Positions 22,576 to 34,817 of a stretch of 64,000 nt of DNA are shown here, piece by piece; position 1 is the first letter of the stretch, and each line of letters opens with the position of its first letter. The translations under genes were made by a program, and so were the position numbers. This DNA comes from Vicugna vicugna. Its lineage: Eukaryota. The stretch covers positions 7,068,302-7,132,301 of the forward strand of contig MU058065.1 of assembly GCA_013265495.1 (NCBI GenBank), written 5' to 3'. The notes below the pieces were generated by a model that worked only from the letters and a program-made list of their open reading frames with translations, had not been told where the DNA came from and ran no database searches.

Positions 22576-24869
22576 CGAGTATCACACAGCTGGGGCTCCA
22601 GGCCGGGGCCTGAGATGCTGATCGGGGGCTTGCCTCAGCTCCCCCTTAGAGGTCAGGACTGCAGCACTCTTGTCTGGGTCTCCACTGGAGATGAGCAGCC
22701 CAGAGCCTCACCTTGGGGCCAGTCCTGCTGACAAGGTCCTGGCTTCTCTACAGCCTGGGGCTGGCTGGGGCCAGGTAGGGGTGGGGGCTGGTGTGAGTGG
22801 ATAGGGGGAGGGCAGGGGGCTGGGGAGGGGGGTGTAGGAGGGTAGGGTTGGGGCTGGAGGAATGGAGTCTCATTCAGTCTCAGACTTGGCTAAAAAGTAC
22901 CGAAGCCTGGGTCCCGCCTAGAGGTTCTGAGTGAATCAGTCTGAGGTCCAGCTGGGGCGCTGGGATTTTCCTTCTCTCCTCAGAGATTTCAGGGGCAGCC
23001 AGGGCACAAAGCACTTCAGAGAAACTTACACGGACTCCTCCACAGCCAGTGTGTGTGCCCCAGAGATGGCGGGGAGCAGAGCCATCTGCTTCCCAAGGCC
23101 AGCCTTTCCCCATGTCCCTCCGACTCTGGGTCCAAATGTTCCTCCCCCTGCACCCAGGCGGGGCTTTACCAACCATCTCAGGGCCCGTCTCTCTCGGGGA
23201 CATGCCTGCGAGGTCCTAGAGACAGGCCATGTGGGAAGGGAAGGGCCTGGAAAATCCAGGTCCAGGGGCTCTGGAATTTCTCCTCATGGATCTTAGATCA
23301 AATTTTGCCTTCCTCTTTTAAAGAACTGGATTTTCCTCATTAGTTGGTAGAAATGACTATTAGTCTCAGCAGTTTCTAAGCAGTTCAAAATAGGGGAAGA
23401 ACATGGCTGCTTCTAAAAACACTGAAGGTAGGTGTAGGACACCCCCCAACTGCCACATACACAGAAGGCCTGGCCCCTTGGGTGGTGCTGAGTCTCCGGG
23501 AGGCATCTCCATTCCTTCCTGCCAACATTCTGGTGGAGTTCAGGCCCAGGGGTATCAGGCCAGCAATGGGGCAGAGCTGCTCCCACAGTGAGCAGACCCT
23601 TGGCTGCATCAATTAGCAGAGTGGTACCATCAGAGGAGGGGGAGAGCGACCCTTTGAGCTCTGCAGAGCAGACATGCTGGGGGGCTCTGGTGCCCACTGA
23701 GTGTGGATGTGAGCAAGCTGCAGTGGGTGGAAAAGGGCCAGTGGGCTGGAGCCTCCAGAAACCTGAAGGGACTGCCCGGGAGAGCTTAGCTTGGAGAAGA
23801 GGAGGCATGGGGAGGATGGGATGCTGGCTGTCTGGCATGCGATGGCTGCCCTTGGACGAGAGAGTCAGCACTCTGTGGGCACCGCACTGGCGTAGTAGGT
23901 GAGGGCCGCAGGGAGGTCAGAGGACAGAGGTGCTGCTGGTTATGGAAAGGGATGCTTTGGGAGGCGTGAGCTCCGGGCCCTGCGGGTGTTGGGGGAGGAC
24001 TGCAGAAGGCCCCTCCCTGCCCCCTCTTCCGGCCTGACCTGGTAGTGCGGATGTGGCCCGGCCTGCAGCTGGGAGATGAGCCCCTCACTGCGCCTGGCCT
24101 AGGAGTGCACTGACCTCAGAGTCAGGCTTGGCAGAATTTGGTTCTGGCTTTGCTGGGACCCCAAGAAAGCTTTTTCCCTCTCTGGGCCCCAGGTTCCACA
24201 TCTGTAAAATGGGCTAACACTTACCCTGGAGGGCTGGTGTGAGGACTGAGGCCACATGACACGGAACACGCGCCTCAGTCCACAGCTGCTGGGCTGCCAG
24301 CCCTTAAGGAGTATGCCCTTTCTTTTCCTTTTCTTGTGCCTCCTGCCTCCGCCACACCATTTCCTCAGGCCTCTGGGGAGACTTGGCAGCAGAAAGAACT
24401 TGTAGCTGAAAGCCTCCCGAATGATATTGATCTCGCTGGCTCCTGACTCCCGACCGCGGGGCTTGGGGATGGTGGTACAGCCGCCTCCACGGCTCCAGCT
24501 TTTATGGGGCTTAAAGATCATCTCTGGCCATCGAGACAGGATGTCCGGGCTCTGGCCCCTCCTCTCAGCCTCTGCTCCTTTCCCTGACTCCTGGGTTGGT
24601 CCTGGGAAATCTCACATTCCAGGGTCGGGTCCTGTGAAACCAGGGGCTTCCTGTAAGGTCACCAGCTCCCGCCCACTTCCAGCCCCATATCCCACATGAG
24701 CAGAACTTGACCTGGCAGTCCCATGGCCCTCCCTCAGGGGGCTTGGGCTATTTGAGAACAGGAGTAGGGGCACGTGGGGCAGGGGTCCTTGAGGAGGGCA
24801 GGAGTCCCCCAGGAGAGATGAAGAAAACCTCTAGCCATGGAGACCTCAGGGCTCCCTTGGGTAAGTCAG

Positions 24870-25240
24870 TCAACCAATCAATCAATTAATTCATTAGCAA
24901 ATATTTATTAAGCTTCTACTACATGAGGTGTTGAGCAATCCTGGGGTGGTGTTCTCTCTAGCAGCATCCCAGTCTAATGCAGCGGGGAGGGGAGAGTGGG
25001 GAAACATAAAAAGAATCAGCCAATTTACCATCACAATGTGATGGATGCCCTGGAGGAAGGGTGCCTCATGCAGCAAGAGTTTGTAGTAAATGGATCTGGA
25101 AGGCCTGGGGAGAGCAGAGACTGTCCCTTAGGAAGTGACGCTTTCTGAAAGAGTCCAAAGAGTGACCAGGAGTGAATTTGGAGGAGAGGAAGAGTGTTTC
25201 AGGCCAAGGGGACAGCAGTGCCAAGGTCCCGGGGCAGGAG
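24870..25240 (-). mobile_element. L2 LINE 3' fragment
   Basis: TCATTAGCAAATATTTATTAAG...GGAAGTGAC...GGGACAGCAGTGCCAAGGTCC. Confidence 0.65.
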
Positions 25241-25319
25241 GGCATGCGGTTCTGAACCCATGTACCTCCTCTGGGTAGTACTTTCAACAGTGTCATTTGA
25301 CACTCCTTTGAAAGATAGG

Positions 25320-25540
25320 TAGAAAGGTGGTTAAGTGCACAGGGTTCAAATTTTAGCTCTGTCTCTACTAGCTGTGCGACTTTGGGCATGTTGCTTGACC
25401 TTGCTATGCTTCTGGTTCCACATCTGTAAGTGTGGGATGGAAATAGTGATACCTAACCCGGGAGGTTGTTGTAAGAATTGGGGGTCTGTACCTGTAAAAA
25501 CAGCTTGGGATGGCACCCAGCCAACAGTAAACGCTCATCC
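25320..25540 (+). mobile_element. MIR SINE
   Basis: GGTTCAAAT...TACTAGCTGTGCGACTTTGGGCA...CATCTGTAA. Confidence 0.75.
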
Positions 25541-26074
25541 GCGTTAGCCAGGTTTTTTTACTTATTGACTTAACATTTTCCCCCTCCCTCACTGGACTGT
25601 AAAGTCCCTGAGAGCAAGGACCTAGGTCTGTATCTGAAGCCCCAGCACAATGTCTGGCATGTGGGAAGCCCTCTATCAATGTTTGCGGAAGGAATGAGGT
25701 AAGGGCAAGGTCAGGGTCGCCCTTGGAGCCTGGGGAGGGGGAGGTTGGGCTGGGGGAGTTAGGCAGGGCATGTTCGGTCACGTGAAGCATTTGGTGATTG
25801 ATGTAAGAGCAGCGGAGCTTTTTGAAGGTTCTTAATCAAGGGAGTGGTGGGACCAGGCTGGCATTCTGCAAAGATGACTGGGTTGTCTGTTTCAACATCT
25901 GCTGAACCCTGACTAGCTAGATGCTGCAGCAAACATTATCTCATTTATTTGTTTGTAAAATGATCCTGGGAAATAGGTATACAGCTAAGAAAACTAAAGC
26001 TTAGAAAGATTAAGTAGTTTGCTGGAAAATTCTGCATAAATGGATTTACAATCTCCTTCATTTTATATCATTTA

Positions 26075-26520
26075 GAATACTGGTTCAGGTTTGATAACAG
26101 AGATTTCAAATGACTAAACACTTAAATGTGATAGAAGTTTATTTCTCTCTCAAGGAGAGGCTCTGGCTTGTATTATAGCTTTCCCCATGAAATTGTTCAG
26201 GAATCCTAGGTCCTTCTGTTTTGTTGTTCTGCCATTTTCAACATGTAGTCCATTACGGTTGCTCCAGCTCCTGCCATTGCATCTGCATTCTAGTCAGTGG
26301 AAAGCAGGAAAACCAGAAGGGAAGGGCATGCCCTGCTCTTCGAGGACACAGTACATTGTTTCCATGGTGCACATTGTTTCTGTTCAGATTGTCATGGCCA
26401 AAACTGTCTGCTGGGAAATGTCATGGATGCTGTGCAGCCATGAGCCCAGCCATACTTCTGGTAACTTATTACTAAAGGAAGAAGAGGTGAGTGGGTATTG
26501 GGAGCAATTCTTAGTTTCTG
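26075..26520. mobile_element. MLT1J-like MaLR LTR
   Basis: AGAAGTTTATTTCTCTCTC...GCTCCAGCTCCTGCCATTGCATCTGCATTC...CTGGGAAATGT. Confidence 0.65.
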
Positions 26521-28604
26521 ATTTCCATTTTGACACCAGTGAGAAGGAGATCCCCTCGGCAGCTCCAGTGGCAGGAGGCAGGGCCTATACTGTGCTTCTT
26601 CCTGGGGCTACACTCAGGGGAGGCTAAGCTGGTAGAAGTGGAAAAGCTCAATCAGTAATCCAGTGTAGGGGAGATGGGAAGAGAAGAGTTGAGAACAACT
26701 GTGTACACCTTGATAACACACTGAACTGAGAAATACCAGTTTGAGCAGAAGTGTTTGCAGTTGGACACGTTAAGAGCAGCAGCTGTGGGAATTCCATGTG
26801 CAAATGTTTATGCAGGAGAAGTGAAGGGTCAAGGCCGGAGGTAAAGGTTTGGGAGTTACAGCAGATACCACGTGGGGTGGCTGCACAGCCCAGTGGTCCC
26901 CCTCTTTCTCGGGAAGAACCTGATCTACAGGGGTGGCCCCCAGTGTCCATGTCTGTGTGTTGGGGCACCCTAACCACTTCCTCCCACAAGGTGGCAGGCT
27001 GCTCCGGAGCGAGTGTCTGACTCAGGCTGGGACAGTCCAAGTTCTCCCCAGGACTGGAGAGAGGAGGGAAGAAAGGACCTATGGGTGGAGGTGGGTGGCT
27101 GCCTGGGCTTCTCAATATCGTATCCATAGAGATGACAAGACCCAGAGGATGAGGACTGGGGCAGCAGGGCCGAGTGCCTGTGCTCTGTGTGGCAGAGGGA
27201 GAACAGCCTAGCTCCCAGGCTACCAGACCTGAGGATGGACGTCTCAGACTGAGCCCTGGGGACAGAGGACTTGTGGTCCCAGTGGGCCTGTTTCAATGGC
27301 TGGGCGTTCCCTAAGCTCCAAGGGTTGGACACAACTTAAAGTTTCTTGCCCCTTCAGTGGGGATGGTGATAGGAAGAGGGTGCCGTGAGGAAGACAGAGT
27401 TCTCAGGAGGGAGGAGAACAGGGATAGACTGACATCTTAGCAGGTGAGGGGAGTGAGAGCTTCTGGAAGGAGGAAACGGCTGGTCGACAGTCCAGCTCCC
27501 CGTTGGGATCAAGTCGAATGAGCCTCATAGAAGGTCTTTAACTTGATGACAAGGTGGCCCCTTTTTCCCTTGGGAAAAGAGCGAAGGCCGGGTGGTGGGG
27601 CTGAGGGCTGAGGAAGAGGCTTAGCACAGAGCCTGGCTCTAGAAGGCTCACACTGTCTGGAGAACTGGTGGCTGGAGAAGTGCCTAGGAAGGGGAGAGAG
27701 ACAGCCTTGAAAAAACCTTGACTTCTGCCCACTGCAGTTAACTTCTTCTTCTGAGCTTTGCTCTCTGTTTTCCACTGATCATGTTGGCCTAGGTGTCTCC
27801 CCTGCATCCAGTGTCGGGGTGGGGAAGGCAGAGACCAGGAAAGAAGGTGATTTGTCTTGGAAATCTGAAGCTCCCCGGGTGTGGCCTTTCAGGAGCAGCT
27901 GCCGGATCGCTAAGTGGCTGTATCAGCAGGTGTCAGCCAGGGAGGCAGAAGCCTTTTCTGAACGACACGCCTTCAGATGACTAACACCTGCGAACTCTAT
28001 CCCACGTGGAGATAAGAGAGGTGAAAACCAGGTGAGCTGCAGTGTGAGCCTTTGTGTGGGCGCAGGGTGGCATTACACCACCTCACCCACTTCCTCCTCT
28101 CGACTTCCTGCTCCCAGAGCTGCCCAGCTTCTCATAACCCCAGATCCTGGGCTGGTATTGAGGACACCGGCTGGGCCAGGTAAACAGGCAGGAGGGAGCA
28201 GACGCAGACACCAGAGGAGGGTACCAGGGCCCGTCTGGATCCTCGGGGCATGGCCCGGAGGAGGCTGGACTTCCCTGATTAGCTCCTTCATCTTTCCCTT
28301 CCTACGTGCACTTTCCCTCTTCTGTCCCTGTTTTCTGTCCCCTCGTTTCTGTCTCTCAGTCCCCACCCAACAAGCCACCAGGGGACAAGGCTTTGGCTGT
28401 AGCTACTGATGGTGGTTCCTCCTGGGGGCTGGAGACCAGGGGAACTTCCCTTCCCAGGGATCTTGGGAGACAGGAGGGTCTTAGGCTGAGGGGGGAGGCT
28501 GGAAAGTCCAGCCAGGGCTGGGATTCTGGGATCTGCAGCTTTCGCTTTCAACCTTGGATCCACACCATGGGGAAATGGCTTCCCAGGACAGTTGTGGGCC
28601 TAAG

Positions 28605-28636
28605 GCTCCCTCTAGTGGCCACCAGAAGCACTGCAG
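28605..28636 (-). promoter_or_regulatory. Putative CTCF site with upstream (ZF9-11) module
   Basis: Minus strand reads CTGCAG-TGCTTCTGG-TGGCCACTAGAGGGAGC. Confidence 0.7.
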
Positions 28637-30892
28637 GGGCTCGGCATGCCTTCTGGAAGAGGTCGCAGTGGGCAGCTGGCTGGGTCAAATCTCAAGGGCC
28701 TAAGGGACACGGTGGATTAAGAGTTGGAAGCTGAGGGTAATTGGGCACTTAGAGGCAGGCTGTTTATTAAAAGCTCCAGGGCAGTGGCGGGGATGGAGAG
28801 CTAATGGCCTCTGTCCCCATCATCAGTCAGCCCTCCTGGCAGATTGGAGCTGGTCCCAAGCTCGTCAGTGAGTTCCCTGGGGGCAGGGCCGTAGGCTACA
28901 CAGGTGGCCAGTGGTGGCAGGAGCTAGTGAGGCCCTGGTCCGAGGGTGTGGCTGGGGGGACCGGCAGCCAGGAGATTGGGGTACACAAGGAGCGGGCAGA
29001 GAGATTTCCCCTCTCAAAGCCTCGGTATCCTCTCCGTTAACCTAGGCCTCCGACACTGGTGATGTCTCTGGGTGCCTGCCCACAGCCCTGCACGACCTAA
29101 CCCTGTGTTCTCACTCCCTGGGTGTGTCCATCCCCCTGCGGCTGGGCCCACTGTTCAAGCTCTCTGTCAAGCTCTCCAGGCCAGTAAGGCAGCATTCTGT
29201 TCCCTTTGCCCTTTAAAACCATCCAACACTCTGGAAATTCTATTCTGCTCACCTCCTCCTGTGCGAGCACATTTCTGGAGGGTCTAGCCCCTATGGAGAC
29301 AGAAAACAGCTGCTTCCTGTCCTCGGGGATCTGGGTCTGAGGAGCCGGAAGGAGGAGTCAGTATCCCCCGGACTTGGCTAGTTCACGTCCCTGCTCTTCA
29401 CCGTCAGTGACCCCCATGAAGAGAGTGAGACCAAGCAGGCACACTTCTCCCCGCACCCTCAGGCCTCTGATCTCACCAAAGTGCCCCAGGGCTTTATGAA
29501 AGAGAAGCTAAATCTAACTGAAAAGAAAAATAAATAAGTGAATAAGCCTCTTTCCCCCTCAAAGGAGGGATGGTGGGTGCCTTTGCCCAGGCAGGACCAA
29601 AGCTCTGATAAACCAACTGGGAAACAGATGAGAAAACTTCCTCCTTTCACCCACACGGGAGACGTGGAGGCAGAACACGTGGCTGGGAAGGAGCCTGTAA
29701 GTCCTTTCGATCTGGGCCTGAGCTTCAGCTCACGATCCCCAGGCCAGTTGTTTGACCTCTCTGTGCCTCAGTTTCCTTGCCTATAAAATGGGCTAGAAAT
29801 GATTGCCTGACAAAGCTATGTGAATATATGTGAGTATGTGCGTAGAGTATCTAGCCCCGTGCCCGTGTGGAATGCTGGGCGTGAGGTGACAGTTATTCCC
29901 CACAGGACCTGGCCTCCGATATGCTGGGTCCTTTGGGAGGGGCACAGCCTCTCATCTACAAAAACCCAGCAAGGTGGTCTCTACCACCTCATTTCACAGA
30001 GAAGCAAACCAAGGCTCAGAGAAGGTGACATTCAATTAAAAAGAGCTGGCATAGGTTTTGAACCCACGTCTATCTGCTTCTAAAGACTGGGCATATCTAG
30101 AAAGGTGTCGATGGGGTGGAGACAGGAGCCCACAGAGGGCAGGGGCCCGCGAAGGGAGAAGGCGGGAGCCCTTGTGAGATCAGAGAACAGCCAGGCAGGA
30201 GGGAAGGAGGGAGTCAGGGAGGAGACCCAGGGCTCATGTGATCTGGTCACCATCTCATCTCACTGAGCCCTTTGCAAGCAAGACAGCTGAGCTCAAAGAG
30301 GGGAAGGGACTTTTCAGAGACCACTTGATCTCTTGGAGCCTGCTGGTTCAAAGATCCAGTAACAGAGATCCGACAGTCACCAAGAGGCTGGCAAGGCCAG
30401 ACAGTGTCTAGGATGCATTTGGGAAGAATCCAGGCCTCGCTGTGGACAGCACAGGGAGGCAGACCCGCAGAGGGCAGTGGGGACCTCCTCAAAGAGCAGG
30501 TGGGTGGTTGGAAGCCAGAGGGTCAATATGGGATCTTCCTGCCCAGTCCAAGCCAGGAGAGCCCCGGAACAGCACTGAGGGGAGGGGTCACCTCCCCTGA
30601 CACTGGAGGGGCTGGGGATGTGCCTGGACTCAATAGGAGAGAGCCAACCCCATGGGGATGCAGGGAAAGAGAAGCCACAGAGAGGGAGCTCACACCCGAG
30701 GGCGGTACATTTCGTCTCTGGGTCAGCCCAACATTCAGCTGTGGCCAGTGAGGCCAGCCGCTGGGTCCAGAATCCTCTCTCTCATTGAGAAGAGGGAAGT
30801 GGGCATTTGGCCTCCCTGCTGCCTCTGCCCTGGTCCTAGGGGAGAGGTGGGGTTTAAGCATGGAGGCTCCAGAGGCATTTGAAAGGGGATTT

Positions 30893-30907
30893 CGCCCCCT
30901 GGTGGCC
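30893..30907 (-). promoter_or_regulatory. Putative CTCF site, consensus core
   Basis: Minus strand reads GGCCACCAGGGGGCG; CpGs retained nearby. Confidence 0.7.
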
Positions 30908-31762
30908 TACGCGAGCTGAGGCTGAATGGCCAGAGGAAGTGCCCGGTGCAGGCGGTCGTCGTCCCAGTTGATGAAATTCTTCTGAGCTCCTCCTAGTGCC
31001 CCTTTGTGAGCGATGCCCAGGGACAGGGTGCATGGGGGATAGAGTGGTGGCTTTCAAGATTCAAAGAAGTGAGTGTAGTTTTCTCTGGAGAGCCTTTAGA
31101 CTATAAGGGTCCCGGGAACACTACATTAGTGGCGATGGCGGGGACAGAGGAGCAGAAGGACCTGTCCTGACCTCTAGTACCAGCCGGGCCCTGTGCTAGC
31201 CCCCGAGGCTGCAGAGAGGAACAGGACCTCCCCATGCCCTCCATGATCTGTGCAGGACTCAGATGAGTGACCTGGTGACAAGGATGCAGCCATCTCCAGG
31301 GTGGAGCCACCAGTGGTAGGGGCATAGCCTTTTCTCCAGTGGAGAAGTTTCTGGGTAATACCCTGGCTGCTCTCCTTACCCCTCAGTCTTCTTCATGTCA
31401 GAACGAGTGACTCATCAGCTTGGGAGTTTGGGAGGTGAAATCGAACAAGTGGTCCAGCACCTTCTGCTTGCTCTCTCCCCCTCCAAGCCAGCACGTTCTT
31501 GGCCGTTTGCACCCCGGTCTCCTCCCCCGCGTGCAGGGGGCCTGCGGCTGCTCAGCGCTACTCGTCTCTGGGATGGGACGGTCTAGTTTTGGGTGATATA
31601 TGGGCAAGTTCCTGTGGCCATGGATCTAAAGTCACATTCTCCAGTCAGCTCTCTCACTAACGTTTTGATTTTCATCTTCTGGACTTTGGGCCAGTCTCTC
31701 GATAGCTTCTGAATTCAGGTGTGGGGAGAGGATGCTATTTGCGGATTCTCTAAAGCCTAGAG

Positions 31763-31935
31763 CAGCTGTTCTCACCCAGGGGCGGTTTTGCCTGCCCCGG
31801 TGAACTGTGCCACAACCCGGGGGGCGGGGTGGTGCTTCTGGCATCTAGTAGAGACCGGGATGCTAAAAAAATTCCCAAAATACACAAGAATTATCCAACC
31901 CAAATTGTCAATAGTGCTAAGGTTGATAAACCCTG
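31763..31935. mobile_element. MER20 hAT-Charlie element
   Basis: CAGCTGTTCTCACCCAGGGGCGGTTTTGCC...TGGCATCTAGTAGAG...TGTCAATAGTGCTAAGGTTGATAAACCCTG. Confidence 0.8.
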
Positions 31936-32359
31936 ACCCTGATGAAGTGTGGGGTGTTAACGAGACAGTAAAATAGAAGTGCCTAATTCAGCCTCGTGGA
32001 GAAGATTCTGTGGTGTGGGAGTTAAGAAACCTTCAATATCTAATTTGGGTTTTGAAGTATAAAGTGAAGATTTCCACACAGGTGAAGAGTTTAGAGTGGG
32101 GCAGGAGGAAGACTATCCAGGTAGTGGGAAGAGTGAGTAAAGGTGTGAGGGGGAGAGCCGTGGTGCCCGTGTGTCAGCATGGCCGGGGCAGGGGCTGTGA
32201 ACAGGGAGCTTGGGCTGTGGAGGAGGGCGGGGCCAAACATGAAGGGCCTTGCAAACTTTGCTACCAAGTGTGCTTTTATAAAGCATAGAAAAGCACAAAA
32301 TACATTCAGAAAAGAGCACAGAATGCAAGTGCATATAAATGTAGAGCTCAATAAATTAT

Positions 32360-33003
32360 TAATTGTATGGCATTGCTTCAAGCTTGAAGGTACTATGAAT
32401 AAAGCTCTATATACATCTTTGTACATGTCTCTTGTTGTTCATGCTTATGAGTTCCTTTCTGGGTGTAAACCTAGGGATGGAAAGGCAGGGTCATGGAGTA
32501 TTCATATATTCAACTTTAGTTGATACTGTCAAATGATTTTCCGAACCTCTTGTAGGAATCTACAGTCCTACCAACAGTGTAAGATAATTCCCATTGCTCT
32601 CCATCTCCATCAGCACCTAACATCATCAGTTTCTTAAATTCTAGCATTTCTGGGGTATGTGTAATGACAGGCATTTCCATGTATTTCTTTAAAAATAAGG
32701 TTTGTCGATATATAATTTGTATACAGTAAAATTCACTGTTTTAGGTCTACGAGTCTATGGACTTTCACTAACCTATACGTTTTTGTAATAAAAAAATGTA
32801 TTTCCTCACCCCCAAATTTCCCTTTGTAGTTAATCCTCTCCTGTCACCCCTAGTCTCTTGTAGCCGCTGATCTGTTTCCTGTCTTCATAGTTGTGCCTTT
32901 TCTGGAATGCTATGTAAATAGAATCATAAATTATGTGGCCTTTTGAGCCTGGCCACTTTCATTTAGCAGTATGTCTTTGGGATTCATCTGACATGTTGCA
33001 TAG
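32360..33003 (-). mobile_element. Old L1 (L1M-type) 3' fragments
   Basis: TATGAATAAAGCT...ATTCCCATTGCTC; TTGTGCCTTTTCTGGAATG...TTTCATTTAGCA. Confidence 0.65.
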
Positions 33004-33159
33004 ATGAGCAAATGGCTAGTTTCAAAAGTGAGATGGAAACTATGGGAAACGTCAGTGGAAATACTAGGAACAGAAACTACAGTAACAGAAATGAAGAATG
33101 CCTTTGATGGATTCATCTCTCATCTCTTTCTTTCCTTCTACGCCCTCATTTTCAGCATA

Positions 33160-33614
33160 GATAGTTGGTTATATACAGGAGGCACAAACCGGAAAAATGT
33201 GATTGGTTCCTCGGTTGCTTGTGTTTCTTAGAACACCATGGCCTTTTTTCTGAGTTAAAAATAAGTTCCAGTTCAAATGCAAAGCGTGGGCCCTTGTGGC
33301 TGTCGGTGTCCTGCTTACCCGGTCATAGACATAACCCACGCTTTTCGTCTTGCTGGATTCCATGTATAGGGCACCCACTGGATTCTGCACTCACGGGGCA
33401 CTGCCAATGGTTTTGTGTGTGTGAACAGCAAGGAACAGGGGATAAGCTTCCTGCTGAGTCTTCTCTGCTCATGGGCGTGCTCCACAGGCCCATTGGACTG
33501 GACTTACAAAACACAAGTTTGAAGATATGCTCATCAAGAATGGCATGATGGGTCCCTTTTGAGTGCAGGGCCCTCTGCCATCGTTCAGATCATATGCTCA
33601 GGAAGCTGGCCCTG
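33160..33614. mobile_element. MER45-like hAT-Tip100 element
   Basis: Terminus ...GAGTGCAGGGCCCT...GGAAGCTGGCCCTG; 5' boundary uncertain. Confidence 0.5.
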
Positions 33615-33652
33615 GAGCCCTTCACCCAGATGGAACTTTAACTTTCTGTTTT

Positions 33653-33942
33653 TTTTTTCAATTGAAGTACAGTTGATTTATAATACTGAGTTAGTTTCAG
33701 ATCTACAGCATAGTGATTCAGTTATTTTTTCTTCAGATTATATGTAATTATTTGTGGGTTATTACAGATATTGAATATAATTCCCTGTGCTATACAGTAA
33801 ATTCTTTTTTTGTTTTACAGTAAATTTTTGTTGCTTATCTAGTTCATGTTGAGTAGTCTGTGTCTGTTAAAACCATACTCCTAATTTGTCCCTCCCTCCC
33901 TCTCTCTCCCCTTTGGTAAACATAAGTTTGTTTTCTACATCT
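33653..33942 (-). mobile_element. Short 5'-truncated L1 3' end with TSD
   Basis: Poly-T then ATTGAAGTACAGTTGATTTA...CCCTGTGCTATACAGTA; flanks TTTAACTTTCTGTTTT (33637) / TTTAACTTTGTGTTTT (33943). Confidence 0.8.
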
Positions 33943-34289
33943 TTTAACTTTGTGTTTTCTGGTTTGTTTGTGATTCCCTCTCTCATGCTGTATTTCAGTT
34001 TCTCCATGATCCATTTCAGAGATTATCCAGTCTTTTTCTGCTATGAGAGAGATTCTATGACTGCTAACTCATATAATCCCACTTCGTACCACATCTTTAC
34101 TTTTTGTTCCTCTTTGGTCTATTTTGCAACTTTCTATAAGATACACCTTTATTGCTTGGTACATAAGTTATAAAAATGTATCTTGATTCTGCCATTTTGT
34201 AAACTGAGGGTATTCGAGCCCATGTCCTTTGCCTATTCTCTCCCTATTTGCATTTAACTTTTTTTTTAATGTGTGCTTTTACTTACTAT

Positions 34290-34711
34290 ATTTGTGAGGC
34301 TGATACTAGATGCAAACACGAATAAAACAAATATGTCTCAAGGACAATAAAAGTTTATTTACTGCTCATGTAATGGCACTGGGAGATGAATAGGTTGGCA
34401 GTTCATTTGTTGATTTAGTCTGATGGAAGCCTTATGAGTTCAACGATAAATCAATGTGGTTTCCATGGTGACAATCGGCATTGCAGCCAGCTGGAAAGAA
34501 TAAAGAGCATGGACAAGAGTGCGTGGGGGATGTTTATGGGTCAGACATGGAAGTGGCACGTAGTACTTCACTCACATTCCATTGGCCAGAGCTCAGGCAT
34601 ATGGACACATTTTACTGCAAGGGAGTTTGGAAAATGCATTCTACTTAGGGGCCTAGGGAGAAGAGGAAAGAGAACAATTAATTTTGATTAATAACTAGTG
34701 GTTTTTGTCAC
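34290..34711. mobile_element. MLT1I/J-like MaLR LTR
   Basis: AAAGTTTATTT..GCTCATG...GGAAGTGGCAC...CTCACATTCCATTGGCCAGAGCTCAG...TGCAAGGGAG. Confidence 0.65.
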
Positions 34712-34817
34712 TTGTATACCATCAAGTTTGTGGTTTTCCTGTTCTTTTCAGTGATTTACGTCTTTGTTGAATCTGAAAGTTGAAAAGCAACATCCCGTGT
34801 TTACATGAACACCACTG

